Part shown: in pieces, positions 41,802-52,012 of the stretch | Layout of the letters: every line of letters starts with the position of its first letter | How positions within the stretch are numbered: the stretch's first letter is position 1 | Assembly: GCA_037481835.1 (NCBI GenBank) | Contig: JBBFKW010000005.1 | Location: 96,001-160,000, forward strand | DNA: 64,000 nt | DNA from: Desulfosoma sp. | Lineage (GTDB): Bacteria; Desulfobacterota; Syntrophobacteria; Syntrophobacterales; DSM-9756 | Direction of reading: 5' to 3' | Notes under the pieces: model-generated | The model's input: the letters and a program-made list of their open reading frames with translations, nothing else | Told to the model about the DNA's origin: nothing | The model's database searches: none | Program-made: the position numbers and the translations under genes

Positions 41802-44800
41802 TCATTGTTTTTGACCGGCCGCACGGGTTCGGTCGGCATCCGCCTCCCGGCACACGGCGGCGATGGCCTTGTGGAGCAGCTGCACATCCGTGAAATGCTG
41901 CAGCTGGATGGCTTTTCCCGGGCATTCGGCCACGCAGGCGCCGCAGCCTTGGCACTTGGCCGGATCGATGTATGCCGATCGGCGCACGGCCGTGGTGGGC
42001 GTGACCACCACGGGGACTTCGTAGGGGCAGGTCCGCACGCACGTCAGGCACACAGCGCATTTGGCCGGGTCCACCACGGCCACGCGCCCGCCCACATAGA
42101 GGTTCTCCTTGCTGAGGACCGTGGCGGCTCGAGCGGCGGCGCCTTTGGCCTGGGCGATGGATTCTTCCAAAAACTTGGGGCTGTGGGCCAACCCGCACAG
42201 GTAAAGACCCGGACTGGCAAAATCCAGCGGCCTCAGTTTCACATGGGCTTCCATAAAAAACCCGTCGGCGTCGGTGCTCAGTTTGAAGAGCCCCGCCAGT
42301 GCCGCATTGGTCGCCCGGGGCACGACGGCCGCGCTGAGCACCAAAAAGTCAGCCCGAAGGCGGATGGGCACACGGAGGTTCTGGTCGAAGAGCTGGATGC
42401 GGACGGCGGCGTCTTCGAAGAAAACCTCCGGTTTTTCTTCCGGACGATACCGGAAGAAGCGCACGCCCGCTTCCCGCGCCTTTCGATAGAGCAATTCCCG
42501 GGTCCCGAAGGTTCGAATGTCCCGGTAGAGTACCGTCACATGGGCTTCAGGGTGGATTTCCTTGATGCGCAGGGCGTTGGCCACCGCCGCCGTGCAGCAC
42601 ACCCGGCTGCAATAGGGCCGCTGTTCGTCGCGCGAGCCGACGCATTGGATCATGACCACATGGGATAGGCCCCGGATCCTGGACGGTTCTTCGGCCAGAA
42701 TTTTCTGCAGCTGCAATTGGGTCAGCACCCTCGGGTCGGACCCATAGCCGTATTCTCGGGGCTGGTATTCTTCCGCCCCCGTGGCCACGATCAAGGCGCC
42801 GTATTCCAAGGTCCTTTCCCCTTGGGGGGATTTGACGCGGCTGAGGAAATGGCCTGTGTGGCCTTCAAAGGAGAGGATCTCCGTTTGGGTGAGCACTTCG
42901 ATCTGCGGGTGGTTTCGCACGGTTTCGATGGCTCGCAAGACCTCTTGGGTCACATCGATCCCGCTGGGGTGAAACCGCATCCACGCCCGGGCCTGGCCCC
43001 CCAGGTCCGGCTCGCGTTCCACCAGATAGGTGAAAAATCCCTGATCCGCGAGGTGGCGCGCGGCGGTCATGCCGGCCATCCCGCCGCCGACCACCAGAGC
43101 CTTCTGGGTCACGGCCACGGGCATTTCGTGGAGCGGTTCCAAGAAGAGCGCCTTGGCGACGGCCATGCGCACCAAATCCTTGGCTTTTTCAGTGGCCTCT
43201 TCGGGGCTTGCCCCATGAACCCAGGAACACTGATCCCGAATGTTGGCCATTTCGAACAGGTATTTGTTGACGCCAGCCTCCCGTAAGCATTCCTGGAACA
43301 GGGGCTCATGGGTTCGTGGGGAACAGGAGGCGACGACCACGCGGTTAAGGTTCTTTTCCTGAATAATTTTCTTGATTTTTTCGGTGGAATCGGTGGAACA
43401 GGAAAACAGAAGATTTTCCGCGTGGACCACGTTGGGCAAGGTTGCGGCGTAGGCGGCCACCGCCTTTACGTCCACGACGCCGGCGATGTTGATGCCGCAG
43501 TGGCAGACAAAAACGCCGATGCGCGGAATATCCCCGGGAAGGGAGCGTTCCTGGATGAAAACCGGCGGCGTCGTGCAGGTATGGCGCGCCGCCGCCAACA
43601 GACACTGGGCCGAGGCGGCCGCGGCGCTGGCCTGGGCCACCGTTTCCGGAATGTCCTTGGGATCCGTGCTCACCCCGCAGGAAAACACTCCGGGCCGGCT
43701 GGTCTGCACAGGGTCCAGAGGGTCGGAGACGATGAAGCCGAACCGATCCAGATCGGTGCCGAGGCGCCGGGCTGTTTCCTTGGCGCCGTCCGAAGGGACG
43801 AGCCCCACGGAAAGAACCACCATGTCGAAAACGTCCCTCTGAAGGGTGTTGTTTTCGTCCACATAGGCAATTTCCAGATTATGGCCGTCCACGGTTTCGA
43901 CGATGCGGCTGATCTGGCACCGCACGTAACGTACCCCGTGTTGGGACTGAGCCCGATCCCAGTAGCGTTCGAAACCTTTCCCCATGGCTCGAAGGTCGAT
44001 GTAGAAAATGGTCGTCTCCACGTCGGGCTCATGATCTTTGGTGACGATGGCCTGCTTGGTGGCGTACATGCAGCAGACGCTGGAACAGTAATCCCGCCCG
44101 ATGGAGGCATCCCGCGACCCGACGCATTGAATCCACGCCATTTTCTTCGGCACGGCGCCGTCGCTGGGCCGTTTCACGTGGCCGCCCGTAGGGCCGGATG
44201 CGGCGAGAATCCTTTCATATTCCAAGCTCGTGATGACGTTGGGATAGCGGCCGTAGCCGTATTCGGCTTTCTGGGCGGCATCGAAGGGAGTGAAGCCGCA
44301 GGCGTAGAGGATGGCCCCCACTTCCACGGTTTCCTCCCGAGGCTGCATCGTGTGGTCGATGGCCTGGGGGAGACAGGCGTCCACGCACCGATAGCACTCA
44401 CTGCACACGCCGCATTGGAGGCACCGTTGAGCTTCGGATCGGGCCGTCTCTTCGTCGAAGCCCAATTGGACCTCCTCAAAAGATCGGATGCGCTCCGGCA
44501 TTTCCAATCGGGGCATGGGGGATCGAGGCGCTTTGGGGACCGGTTTGTCCGGGCAGGGCGCCGTGCGGGACGGAACAAACCGCCCTTCTCTGAGATCCAC
44601 CCCGCGAAGATAGCGGTCGATGGATTCGGCCACTTCTTTTCCGGCCGCGATGGCCTGAACGACGGTGGCCGGCCCGGACGTCACGTCGCCTCCCGCGAAA
44701 ACGCCCGGTCGGTTCGTTTCATAGGTCACGGGATCGACCACAAAGGTGCCCCAGCGGCTCACCATGGGACGGCTTTCCGGCTCCATGGCGTCGATGACGG

Positions 44801-46310
44801 AGGGATCCGTCATGAGTCCCACGGCGGCGATGACGCTATCGATATTCACCTGGTATTCGGATCCCGCCACCGGGATGGGCCGGCGACGACCGCTTTCATC
44901 CGGCGGCCCCAGTTCCATGCGGATGCATTCGATGGCCGTCACATGGCCTTCGGCGTTTCCGTGAATGGCCACGGGTGCCGCAAGGAAATGCATCTGCACG
45001 CCCTCTTCCAGCGCCTCTTCCACTTCCTCCTGATTGGCCGGCATTTCGTCCCGGCTTCTGCGGTAAAAGAGGTGGACTTCTTCCAGTCCCAAGCGAAGGC
45101 ACGAGCGGGCCACGTCCATGGCGCAGTTGCCGCCGCCGATGACGGCCACCTTTCGGCCCACGGGAGGTCTTTGGCCCATGTTCAGCTGCTTGAGAAAACT
45201 CGTCCCTGTGTACACTTCTTGGAGGTTTTCGCCGGGGATGTTGAGTTTGAGGTCCGTCTGGGTGCCGATGGCGAGGAAAAACGCGTCGTAGCCTTGCCGG
45301 CGCAGATCTTCCAGCTGGAAATCCCGCCCCAGGGCCGTGTTGGTTCGGATTTCCACGCCGACTTTTTGGATGTAATCGATTTCCGCCTTCAACACATGGC
45401 GCGGCAGGCGATATTCGGGAATGCCGTACCGGAGCCACCCTCCCGGTTCGGGCATGGCCTCGAAGATGGTGACAGAGTAGCCTTTCAGCGCCAGGTAATA
45501 GGCCGCCGTCAAACCGGCCGGCCCCGCCCCCACAACGGCCACCCGACGCCCGTTGGGGTCCTTTTTGGGCGGCGCAGGCCCCTCGCCCGTTCGGGCTTCC
45601 CAGTCACACACGAACCTCTTGAGAAAATCGATGGCCACAGGCTCATCCACCGTGCCACGGCTGCACACCGTTTCACAGGGATGGTGGCACACACGGCCGC
45701 ACACCGCCGGCAAAGGATTGTCTTTGCGGATGAGATCGAGGGCCTCCCGGTAGCGGCCTTGGGCGATGAGGGCCACATAGCCCTGGACACTGATCCCCGC
45801 GGGGCAGGCCGCCTTGCACGGCGCCATGCCCTTCTTGTCGATGGCGAAAGTGGAAGGGATGGCTTGGGGGAAATGCCGGTAAATGGCTTTACGTTTCCCC
45901 AGCCCTTGGTCGAAGTCGGCCGGCAGTTCAACCGGGCACACGCGCAGACATTCTCCGCAGGCCGTGCACCGGTCTTCCAGAACGTAACGGGGTTCCCGCC
46001 GCAGGGTGACCCGGAATCGCCCCGGTTCCCCGTCCAGCTCGGTGACCTGGGTTCGTGTGAGGATGTCGATGTTCGGATGGCTCGCCACCTCGATGAGTTT
46101 GGGCGAGATCATGCAGGTGGAGCAGTCGTTGGTGGGAAACGTCTTGTCCAGTTTGGCCATGTTGCCGCCGATGCTGATGTCCCTTTCGACGAGAAGGACG
46201 CGGTAGCCGCTGTTGGCCAAATCCAGGCTCGCCTGCATGCCGGCGATGCCGCCTCCGATGACCATGACCGATCCGCTGACGGATTGCGTTGATGCCGCCT
46301 GAGCGCTCAT
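41802..46310 (-). CDS. hdrA: Large HdrA (HdrL-type) with inserted GltD-like NAD(P)-binding module
   Basis: LDKTFPTNDCSTC, APCKAACP, GRVCHHPCE, GAGPAG, IGGGN, QCVGSR, VFVCHCG, NIRDQCSWVH. Confidence 0.9.
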   Translation of the reverse strand: MSAQAASTQSVSGSVMVIGGGIAGMQASLDLANSGYRVLLVERDISIGGNMAKLDKTFPTNDCSTCMISPKLIEVASHPNIDILTRTQVTELDGEPGRFRVTLRREPRYVLEDRCTACGECLRVCPVELPADFDQGLGKRKAIYRHFPQAIPSTFAIDKKGMAPCKAACPAGISVQGYVALIAQGRYREALDLIRKDNPLPAVCGRVCHHPCETVCSRGTVDEPVAIDFLKRFVCDWEARTGEGPAPPKKDPNGRRVAVVGAGPAGLTAAYYLALKGYSVTIFEAMPEPGGWLRYGIPEYRLPRHVLKAEIDYIQKVGVEIRTNTALGRDFQLEDLRRQGYDAFFLAIGTQTDLKLNIPGENLQEVYTGTSFLKQLNMGQRPPVGRKVAVIGGGNCAMDVARSCLRLGLEEVHLFYRRSRDEMPANQEEVEEALEEGVQMHFLAAPVAIHGNAEGHVTAIECIRMELGPPDESGRRRPIPVAGSEYQVNIDSVIAAVGLMTDPSVIDAMEPESRPMVSRWGTFVVDPVTYETNRPGVFAGGDVTSGPATVVQAIAAGKEVAESIDRYLRGVDLREGRFVPSRTAPCPDKPVPKAPRSPMPRLEMPERIRSFEEVQLGFDEETARSEAQRCLQCGVCSECYRCVDACLPQAIDHTMQPREETVEVGAILYACGFTPFDAAQKAEYGYGRYPNVITSLEYERILAASGPTGGHVKRPSDGAVPKKMAWIQCVGSRDASIGRDYCSSVCCMYATKQAIVTKDHEPDVETTIFYIDLRAMGKGFERYWDRAQSQHGVRYVRCQISRIVETVDGHNLEIAYVDENNTLQRDVFDMVVLSVGLVPSDGAKETARRLGTDLDRFGFIVSDPLDPVQTSRPGVFSCGVSTDPKDIPETVAQASAAAASAQCLLAAARHTCTTPPVFIQERSLPGDIPRIGVFVCHCGINIAGVVDVKAVAAYAATLPNVVHAENLLFSCSTDSTEKIKKIIQEKNLNRVVVASCSPRTHEPLFQECLREAGVNKYLFEMANIRDQCSWVHGASPEEATEKAKDLVRMAVAKALFLEPLHEMPVAVTQKALVVGGGMAGMTAARHLADQGFFTYLVEREPDLGGQARAWMRFHPSGIDVTQEVLRAIETVRNHPQIEVLTQTEILSFEGHTGHFLSRVKSPQGERTLEYGALIVATGAEEYQPREYGYGSDPRVLTQLQLQKILAEEPSRIRGLSHVVMIQCVGSRDEQRPYCSRVCCTAAVANALRIKEIHPEAHVTVLYRDIRTFGTRELLYRKAREAGVRFFRYRPEEKPEVFFEDAAVRIQLFDQNLRVPIRLRADFLVLSAAVVPRATNAALAGLFKLSTDADGFFMEAHVKLRPLDFASPGLYLCGLAHSPKFLEESIAQAKGAAARAATVLSKENLYVGGRVAVVDPAKCAVCLTCVRTCPYEVPVVVTPTTAVRRSAYIDPAKCQGCGACVAECPGKAIQLQHFTDVQLLHKAIAAVCREADADRTRAAGQKQ

Positions 46311-46371
46311 GACGCCTCCCTATCGCCTCGACGGTGATCTTTTCGAAGCTCTGTCCAAAGTGGCGCAATGC

Positions 46372-47226
46372 TCATAAGCCCACGGATGCGAGCAAGGGCT
46401 CGGGATCCGCCACGTGCCGGCTGATCCAGTCCCGAGCGCTGCGTTCGCCGAGGGCGAGGCCGATGAGGTCCGTGAAATAGAAAACGGGCATGGGCAGATG
46501 GAGCTGGTGTTCTCGAGCGATGCGTTCCTGATAGAGATCCAAGTTGGCATGGCACATCTGGCAGGAAACGACCACACAGTTGGCGCCTTGATCCAAAGCC
46601 CGCCGGAAGAGTTTGCCCACCAGGGCCGTCACCAGATCGGGCCGGGCCACGGCGTGGCTGGCGCCGCAGCAGTCCGTCTTGAAAGGCCAATCCAAGACCT
46701 TCGCCCCGACGGCCTGAACGAGCCGATCCATGGTGGTGGGGTTCTCCCACGCCTGGGCGTCGGTCACCTTGGGCGGCCGGTTGACCATGCAGCCGTAATA
46801 ACAGACGGCACGCAACCCTTCCAGGGGCCTCACGACCTGCCGTTCGATCTCGGCCACAATTTCGGGGCGACCGAAGTATTCCACGAGGTCCCAGACCCGC
46901 ACGGTGGAGCCTTCCGCAGCGGAAGGATCCTGAGGGGCCTTTTTTTTCAGAGCCTTTTCCGCCGTTTTTAAGCGGTTGAAACAGAGGGCGCACGGGGCCG
47001 CCAGGTCCTCAAGACCCTGCTTTTGGGCCAGGATGAGATTGCGGGCCGGCAAGGCGATGGCCAGGTCGTAGTCCAAGCTGTGGGCCGCCGTCGCACCGCA
47101 GCAGCTCCAATCGTCCAGTTCCACGAGCTCGATCCCGAGCCGCCCGCAGACACCCTCGATGGAGGCCGCGTAATCCCGTGCCGTCCCTTCCAAGGAACAT
47201 CCCGGATAATAACCGAGCGTCGGCAT
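46372..47226 (-). CDS. hdrB: Heterodisulfide reductase subunit B-like (CCG domains)
   Basis: YYPGCSL, WSCCGA, YYGC, CCGAS, CQMC. Confidence 0.9.
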   Translation of the reverse strand: MPTLGYYPGCSLEGTARDYAASIEGVCGRLGIELVELDDWSCCGATAAHSLDYDLAIALPARNLILAQKQGLEDLAAPCALCFNRLKTAEKALKKKAPQDPSAAEGSTVRVWDLVEYFGRPEIVAEIERQVVRPLEGLRAVCYYGCMVNRPPKVTDAQAWENPTTMDRLVQAVGAKVLDWPFKTDCCGASHAVARPDLVTALVGKLFRRALDQGANCVVVSCQMCHANLDLYQERIAREHQLHLPMPVFYFTDLIGLALGERSARDWISRHVADPEPLLASVGL

Positions 47227-47246
47227 AGCTTCTCCTTCGGCAGGGT

Positions 47247-47867
47247 TCAGGAATCGGAAGACTGCATCGTGTTTTCGGACGACGCAGGGCTTTTTTCAAA
47301 AAGGCGATGCACATCGTGGACGTTGCGGACTCCTCGGGGCCACAGGGGGAGCCGGCCGCGTCGCAAGAGGGCCAGGCCCAAACGCACTTCATCCCACAGG
47401 GTGCCTTCGGAAAGCTTGACCTTCCAGGCGCCGCTGGACAGCATGTAGCGCTGCAGAAGGCCCGTTTCGAAGACACGGCCGCGCCGGCCGATGTCGTCCA
47501 AAAAAGCCCTGTGAAAGGCGTAGGACAGGTTTTCCTTGGGCCGGACGAGCCCTCGGGCGTGGGCTTGCTGTTTCAGGTAGTCCATGAGCCCGGCGATGTC
47601 GATTTCGTTGGGGCAGCGCGTCGTGCACGTCTCGCAGGAGGAACACACCCATATGGTGGCGCTGGAAAGGACCTTGTCTTCCAACCCCATGAGCAGGTAG
47701 CGCACGATCTGATCCGGGTAATAGTCCATGGCGAAAGTCAGAGGGCATCCGCTGGTGCATTTGCGGCACTGATAGCACAGCTCGGGGCTGATCCCGCTCA
47801 AGGCCCGGACCTTGCCGGTCACCTCGTAGTCCGGTTCCAGGAACACCACGTCCCCACGGTCTTCCAT
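47247..47867 (-). CDS. hdrC: Heterodisulfide reductase subunit C-like
   Basis: CYQCRKCTSGCP and WVCSSCETCTTRCP. Confidence 0.9.
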   Translation of the reverse strand: MEDRGDVVFLEPDYEVTGKVRALSGISPELCYQCRKCTSGCPLTFAMDYYPDQIVRYLLMGLEDKVLSSATIWVCSSCETCTTRCPNEIDIAGLMDYLKQQAHARGLVRPKENLSYAFHRAFLDDIGRRGRVFETGLLQRYMLSSGAWKVKLSEGTLWDEVRLGLALLRRGRLPLWPRGVRNVHDVHRLFEKSPASSENTMQSSDS

Positions 47868-47884
47868 AGCGCACCTCCCGGCAC

Positions 47885-47917
47885 AAAAAAAGAGAACGGG
47901 ACAAAAGTCCCGTTCTC
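47885..47917 (-). terminator. Terminator-like hairpin between gcvH-like gene and hdrC
   Basis: GAGAACGGGAC-TTTT-GTCCCGTTCTC followed by T7 on minus strand. Confidence 0.65.
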
Positions 47918-47973
47918 AACGAGGGGAAAAGCGACACAACAACGAAACGCCGGCCTCCACAGACGCATGCACG

Positions 47974-48882
47974 CTAGGGTGCGAGAAACTCCGCCACCAA
48001 CCGATCCCACGTGAGATGCGGCACACTGCCATAGATGTCCTCGACCACCTCACCACCGGTTGCCGCCAGAGGAAGTTCGGAATCCGGAGCCACCAAGGCT
48101 TCCAACCGGTGCACTTCCGCCGTAAGCCAGCTTCGAGCCGCCTCATCGGCGTAAAGCTCCGCCAGGTCTCGCTTGAGATGGCGCGGTTCGACGACCACCA
48201 GCCACCCTTCGCCATAAGGATCCTCTTTGATAATCTGGGGGTTGTCGGAGGCTTTATGGTTTACCGCAACGACCACGCCGTCCATGGGGGCCACAAGCGG
48301 CGCGATCTTTTCTTCCCGCCGAAACGTCCACGCCGGTTTGTTTCCTTCCACGTGCACGCCCAACTTGGGTAACCGTACATGGGTAACATATCCTAACAAG
48401 TGCATGGTGAAATCATCAACACCAAATCGCACCAGCCCCCCATGTTCCACCCGCGCCCAGGTGTGACGGGGGTGGTAAGAGTAGCCGTCGGCGAGCCGGA
48501 ACCCGGAAACCTCGTGCAGCGGCGGCCGGCCGATAAGTTCCGTCGTGGAGCGGCTTTCCAGGATCTGGTCGAATTCGCACTGGGCGCATTCGTAAGCGTT
48601 GCCGCACAAACGCATGGGAACGCGACCGGTCAGCGCATGCCGGCATTCCTTTTGGTTATAGGTTTTTTCTTGATAGGCGGACCGCCACGCGCGAAAATGC
48701 GGATCACCGGCATCCACTCTCTCGGACATGGCTTTGTCAAAGGCACACGTCAGGCAATCGTAGGCGTTGTCGCAGAGTTTGAAATTGATGACGCCGGCCT
48801 TCATCCACACGCACGGATGATCCCCCTCGAGCCCGAAGACTCGAACTTTCGCCTTTTTTTCTTTCATGGACGCAACCTTCAT
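47974..48882 (-). CDS. GcvH-like protein with two N-terminal Cys4 repeats
   Basis: YHPRHTWA, RFGVDDF, APMDGVVVAVN, DPYGEGWL; two C-x12-C-x5-C-x2-C repeats. Confidence 0.82.
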   Translation of the reverse strand: MKVASMKEKKAKVRVFGLEGDHPCVWMKAGVINFKLCDNAYDCLTCAFDKAMSERVDAGDPHFRAWRSAYQEKTYNQKECRHALTGRVPMRLCGNAYECAQCEFDQILESRSTTELIGRPPLHEVSGFRLADGYSYHPRHTWARVEHGGLVRFGVDDFTMHLLGYVTHVRLPKLGVHVEGNKPAWTFRREEKIAPLVAPMDGVVVAVNHKASDNPQIIKEDPYGEGWLVVVEPRHLKRDLAELYADEAARSWLTAEVHRLEALVAPDSELPLAATGGEVVEDIYGSVPHLTWDRLVAEFLAP

Positions 48883-48925
48883 GGGGTAACCCTCCTTTCC
48901 GGGGTGATGGGTTACCCCAAAGGAA

Positions 48926-48941
48926 AGCATGGAGCGTGCCA
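48926..48941 (-). promoter_or_regulatory. sigma54 (-24/-12) promoter of gcvH-like/hdr genes
   Basis: TGGCACG-CTCC-ATGCT on minus strand; divergent NtrC-type activator operon. Confidence 0.7.
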
Positions 48942-49126
48942 GGCGAGCTCGAAACGACCCGGAAAAACCGTGGGGCTTGGAAGAACAAGAAAAGGCACGC
49001 TTTGGAGGAGGCCGGCCGGGCCTTTCGGGCTATGGTGAAAGAAACAACACCGTGTTGTTTTTTTAGGCAGGGGTCCGGCGCTCCGAGGTGCGAAAGCCCC
49101 GGAGTGCCAAGGGAGGAGGGAGTTCC

Positions 49127-50644
49127 ATGAAGGGGCAGGCCAAGGATCGGCCGATGCGCATCGCCGTCATCGGAGGAGGCCGGCGGTGCAAGGCGTTTTT
49201 GGAAATGATGGATGCTCGGCGCTTTCCCGGGCTTCGGGCCCAGATCGTCGCCGTCGCCGATCCCAACGAAGAGGCGGTGGGCGTCCAGCTGGCCCGATCC
49301 CTGGGTATTTTCGTGACCAAGGACTACAAGGACTTTTACAAGATCCCCAATCTGGATCTGGTCATTCAGCTCACCGGCAAGGAAGAACTCCTCGAGGATT
49401 TCATCAAACACAGCCCGGCCAAGGTCCGCGTGCTCGAAGCGGCCATCTCCCGCCTTTTCGGGGATATCATCCGCTTTCAGGAAGAATCCCTGCTGCGGGA
49501 GCGCCAGCTGGAACTGGTGGAAGGGATCGTGGAAAGCATGTTTTCCAGCATTCGAGACCGGGTGCTCATCATGCAGCCCGACCGCAAGATTGTGGATGCC
49601 AATCGAGCCTTCCTCGATTGGGTCGGGATCAGCAAAGAGGAGATCCTCGGGAAATTTTGCCACCAGATCACGCACCGGTCCTTGGACCCTTGCCATCACA
49701 AGGATTTTCACTGCCCTTTGGAAGAAAGTCTTCAGACGGGAAGCACCGGCCATGCGATCCACGAGCACTACGACAGGAACAACGAGGTGCGCTACTGCGA
49801 AATCACCACCGTGCCGCTGAAAAGCCCTGACGGCGCCGTGGAACTGGTCCTGGAAATCCAAAGAGACATCACGGACGAGCTGGAACAGAAGCTGGAACAA
49901 AAAACCCGGGCCCTCAAAAGGGACCTGGCCCGCCTGATCCACGAAGACAAGATGATCGCCTTGGGGAAGCTCGTGGCCAGCGCCGTGCACGAAATCAACA
50001 ATCCTCTTTCGGGCATCCACGCTCTCGCGCGGCTCATGCGCCGACAGCTGGACGAGGGCCTGTCCCCGTCAGAGCTGGACCAGTTCAAGTTCTACCTCCA
50101 GCTCATCGACACCGAATCGGCGCGCTGCAGCGCCATTGTGTCCAACCTCCTTTCGTTCGCCCGCCAGCAGAAGTTGGAACGGCGCCCGTTCGATGTGAAC
50201 CGGATCATCCAAAACGTGGTGATGTTGAGCCGGCATCGCATGGAACTGCAGCATGTGACCTTGAAGCTGGAACTGGAAGAGGGATTGCCTGAAATCCAGG
50301 GGGATCCGGGGCAGATCCAGCAGTGTTTTATCAATTTGATCTTCAATGCCATGGAAGCCATGCCGGAAGGCGGGCGCTTGACCATTCGATCCGCCTTGGA
50401 CTCCAAGCGCCGCGAAGTGCGCGTGGAAGTGGAAGACACGGGCGTGGGCATTCCCAAGGAGTTGCTGTCCCAGATCTTCGAGCCCTTTTTCAGCACCAAG
50501 AGCCAAGACAAGGGGGTGGGGCTTGGCCTTTCCGTCGTCTATGGTATCGTGAAGCAGCATCGGGGTGTCATCTACGTCAAGAGTGAGGTGGGGAAGGGTT
50601 CGTGCTTCATCGTTCGCTTTCCCATCACGTCTGAAACTTCCTGA
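49127..50644 (+). CDS. PAS histidine kinase with N-terminal Rossmann-like domain
   Basis: RIAVIGGGRRC N-terminus; PAS; HEINNPL, NAMEA, DTGVG, FEPFFSTK, GVGLGL. Confidence 0.9.
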   Translation: MKGQAKDRPMRIAVIGGGRRCKAFLEMMDARRFPGLRAQIVAVADPNEEAVGVQLARSLGIFVTKDYKDFYKIPNLDLVIQLTGKEELLEDFIKHSPAKVRVLEAAISRLFGDIIRFQEESLLRERQLELVEGIVESMFSSIRDRVLIMQPDRKIVDANRAFLDWVGISKEEILGKFCHQITHRSLDPCHHKDFHCPLEESLQTGSTGHAIHEHYDRNNEVRYCEITTVPLKSPDGAVELVLEIQRDITDELEQKLEQKTRALKRDLARLIHEDKMIALGKLVASAVHEINNPLSGIHALARLMRRQLDEGLSPSELDQFKFYLQLIDTESARCSAIVSNLLSFARQQKLERRPFDVNRIIQNVVMLSRHRMELQHVTLKLELEEGLPEIQGDPGQIQQCFINLIFNAMEAMPEGGRLTIRSALDSKRREVRVEVEDTGVGIPKELLSQIFEPFFSTKSQDKGVGLGLSVVYGIVKQHRGVIYVKSEVGKGSCFIVRFPITSETS

Positions 50645-50660
50645 GAGGGCGGGAACCGTC

Positions 50661-52010
50661 ATGGCGGGGCGTTTCAAGATCCTAGTGGCCGACGACGAGC
50701 TCATTGTCCGGGAATCTCTGGTGGCCTGGCTGAAAAAAGGAGGCTATCAGGTGGAGGCCGCCTCCGGTGGCCGCGAAGCCTTGGAGTCCCTGGAGAAAGC
50801 GGCCTACGACTTGGTTTTTCTCGACATCAAAATGCCGGACATGAACGGCATCGAAGTCCTCAAGGTAGTCAAACAGCGTTACCCCGGGACCATGGTGGTC
50901 ATGATCACGGCCTACGGGTCCGTGGAAAACGCGGTGGAAGCCATGAAGCTGGGGGCCAACGACTACCTCATGAAACCCTTCGAACCGGAACAACTGGCCC
51001 TCCTGGTGGAAAAACTCCTGCAGCACAAGAAGCTCATCGACGAAAACATTCTCCTTCGGGAGCAGATGGCCACGGCGGCGGTGGAGCGCTACCAGGACAT
51101 GATCGGCGCGTCCCCCGCCATGCAGGCTCTCTTCGAGATGCTGGAAAAAGTGGCTGCCGTGGATTCCCCCGTCCTCATCAAGGGCGAAACGGGTACGGGA
51201 AAGGAACTGGTGGCCAAGGCCATCCATGCGCGCAGTTCCCGCCGGTATGGTCCCTTCATTGCCATCAACTGCGGCGCCTTCACGGAAAGTCTCCTGGAGA
51301 GTGAACTCTTCGGCCATGAAGTGGGCTCCTTTACGGGCGCCGTCAAGGCCAAGAAGGGCCGTTTGGAGTTGGTTCGAGGGGGGACCTTGTTTCTCGACGA
51401 AGTGGGGGAAATCCCCATGAAAATGCAAGTGGATCTGCTGCGCGTGCTGGAGGAACGAAGGATCCACCGGGTCGGAGGCACTCGGGACATCCCTGTGGAT
51501 TTCCGCCTGATCTCGGCCACCCACCGGGATCTTTCCAAGGCCATGGAAGAAGGCCACTTTCGCCGGGATTTCTACTTTCGGCTGAACGTGGTGGAATTGG
51601 AGGTGCCCCCGCTGAGGGCTCGACGGGAAGACATCCCCCTTTTGGCCGATTTTTTTCTGCGCCGATTCCGAAAGGAAACCAACAAGCCGGTGGAAGGCCT
51701 GGACAAGAAGGCGGTGGAACTGCTCTGCGCTTACGAATGGCCCGGGAACGTGCGCGAGTTGGAAAACGCCGTGGAGAGGGCCGTGGTTTTGGCAAAAGGA
51801 AGGATCCTCACGGAAGACGATTTCGCCTTCTTGAAAAGAGCCGTGGGGACCGTGGAACCCCAATCTTTGGAAGATATGGAAAGACTGCATATCCAGCGCA
51901 TCCTCACCCTATGCCGGGGAAACATCAGTCAGGCCGCACGGATTCTCAAGATCAACCGCACCACGCTTCACCACAAGATCAAAAAGTACGGCATACCGGG
52001 GAGCGCGTGA
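50661..52010 (+). CDS. sigma54-dependent response regulator (NtrC family)
   Basis: REC domain (DD, LDIKMP), GETGTGKE, ESELFGHEVGSFTGA, WPGNVREL, Fis-type HTH. Confidence 0.95.
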   Translation: MAGRFKILVADDELIVRESLVAWLKKGGYQVEAASGGREALESLEKAAYDLVFLDIKMPDMNGIEVLKVVKQRYPGTMVVMITAYGSVENAVEAMKLGANDYLMKPFEPEQLALLVEKLLQHKKLIDENILLREQMATAAVERYQDMIGASPAMQALFEMLEKVAAVDSPVLIKGETGTGKELVAKAIHARSSRRYGPFIAINCGAFTESLLESELFGHEVGSFTGAVKAKKGRLELVRGGTLFLDEVGEIPMKMQVDLLRVLEERRIHRVGGTRDIPVDFRLISATHRDLSKAMEEGHFRRDFYFRLNVVELEVPPLRARREDIPLLADFFLRRFRKETNKPVEGLDKKAVELLCAYEWPGNVRELENAVERAVVLAKGRILTEDDFAFLKRAVGTVEPQSLEDMERLHIQRILTLCRGNISQAARILKINRTTLHHKIKKYGIPGSA

Positions 52011-52012
52011 GG

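Noticed and set aside
43308..46292. 994-aa + strand ORF, and similar long ORFs such as 31478-33652, 15868-17721, 39595-41325, 35373-36968
   Set aside because: Antisense shadows of well-supported genes in GC-rich DNA; no motifs
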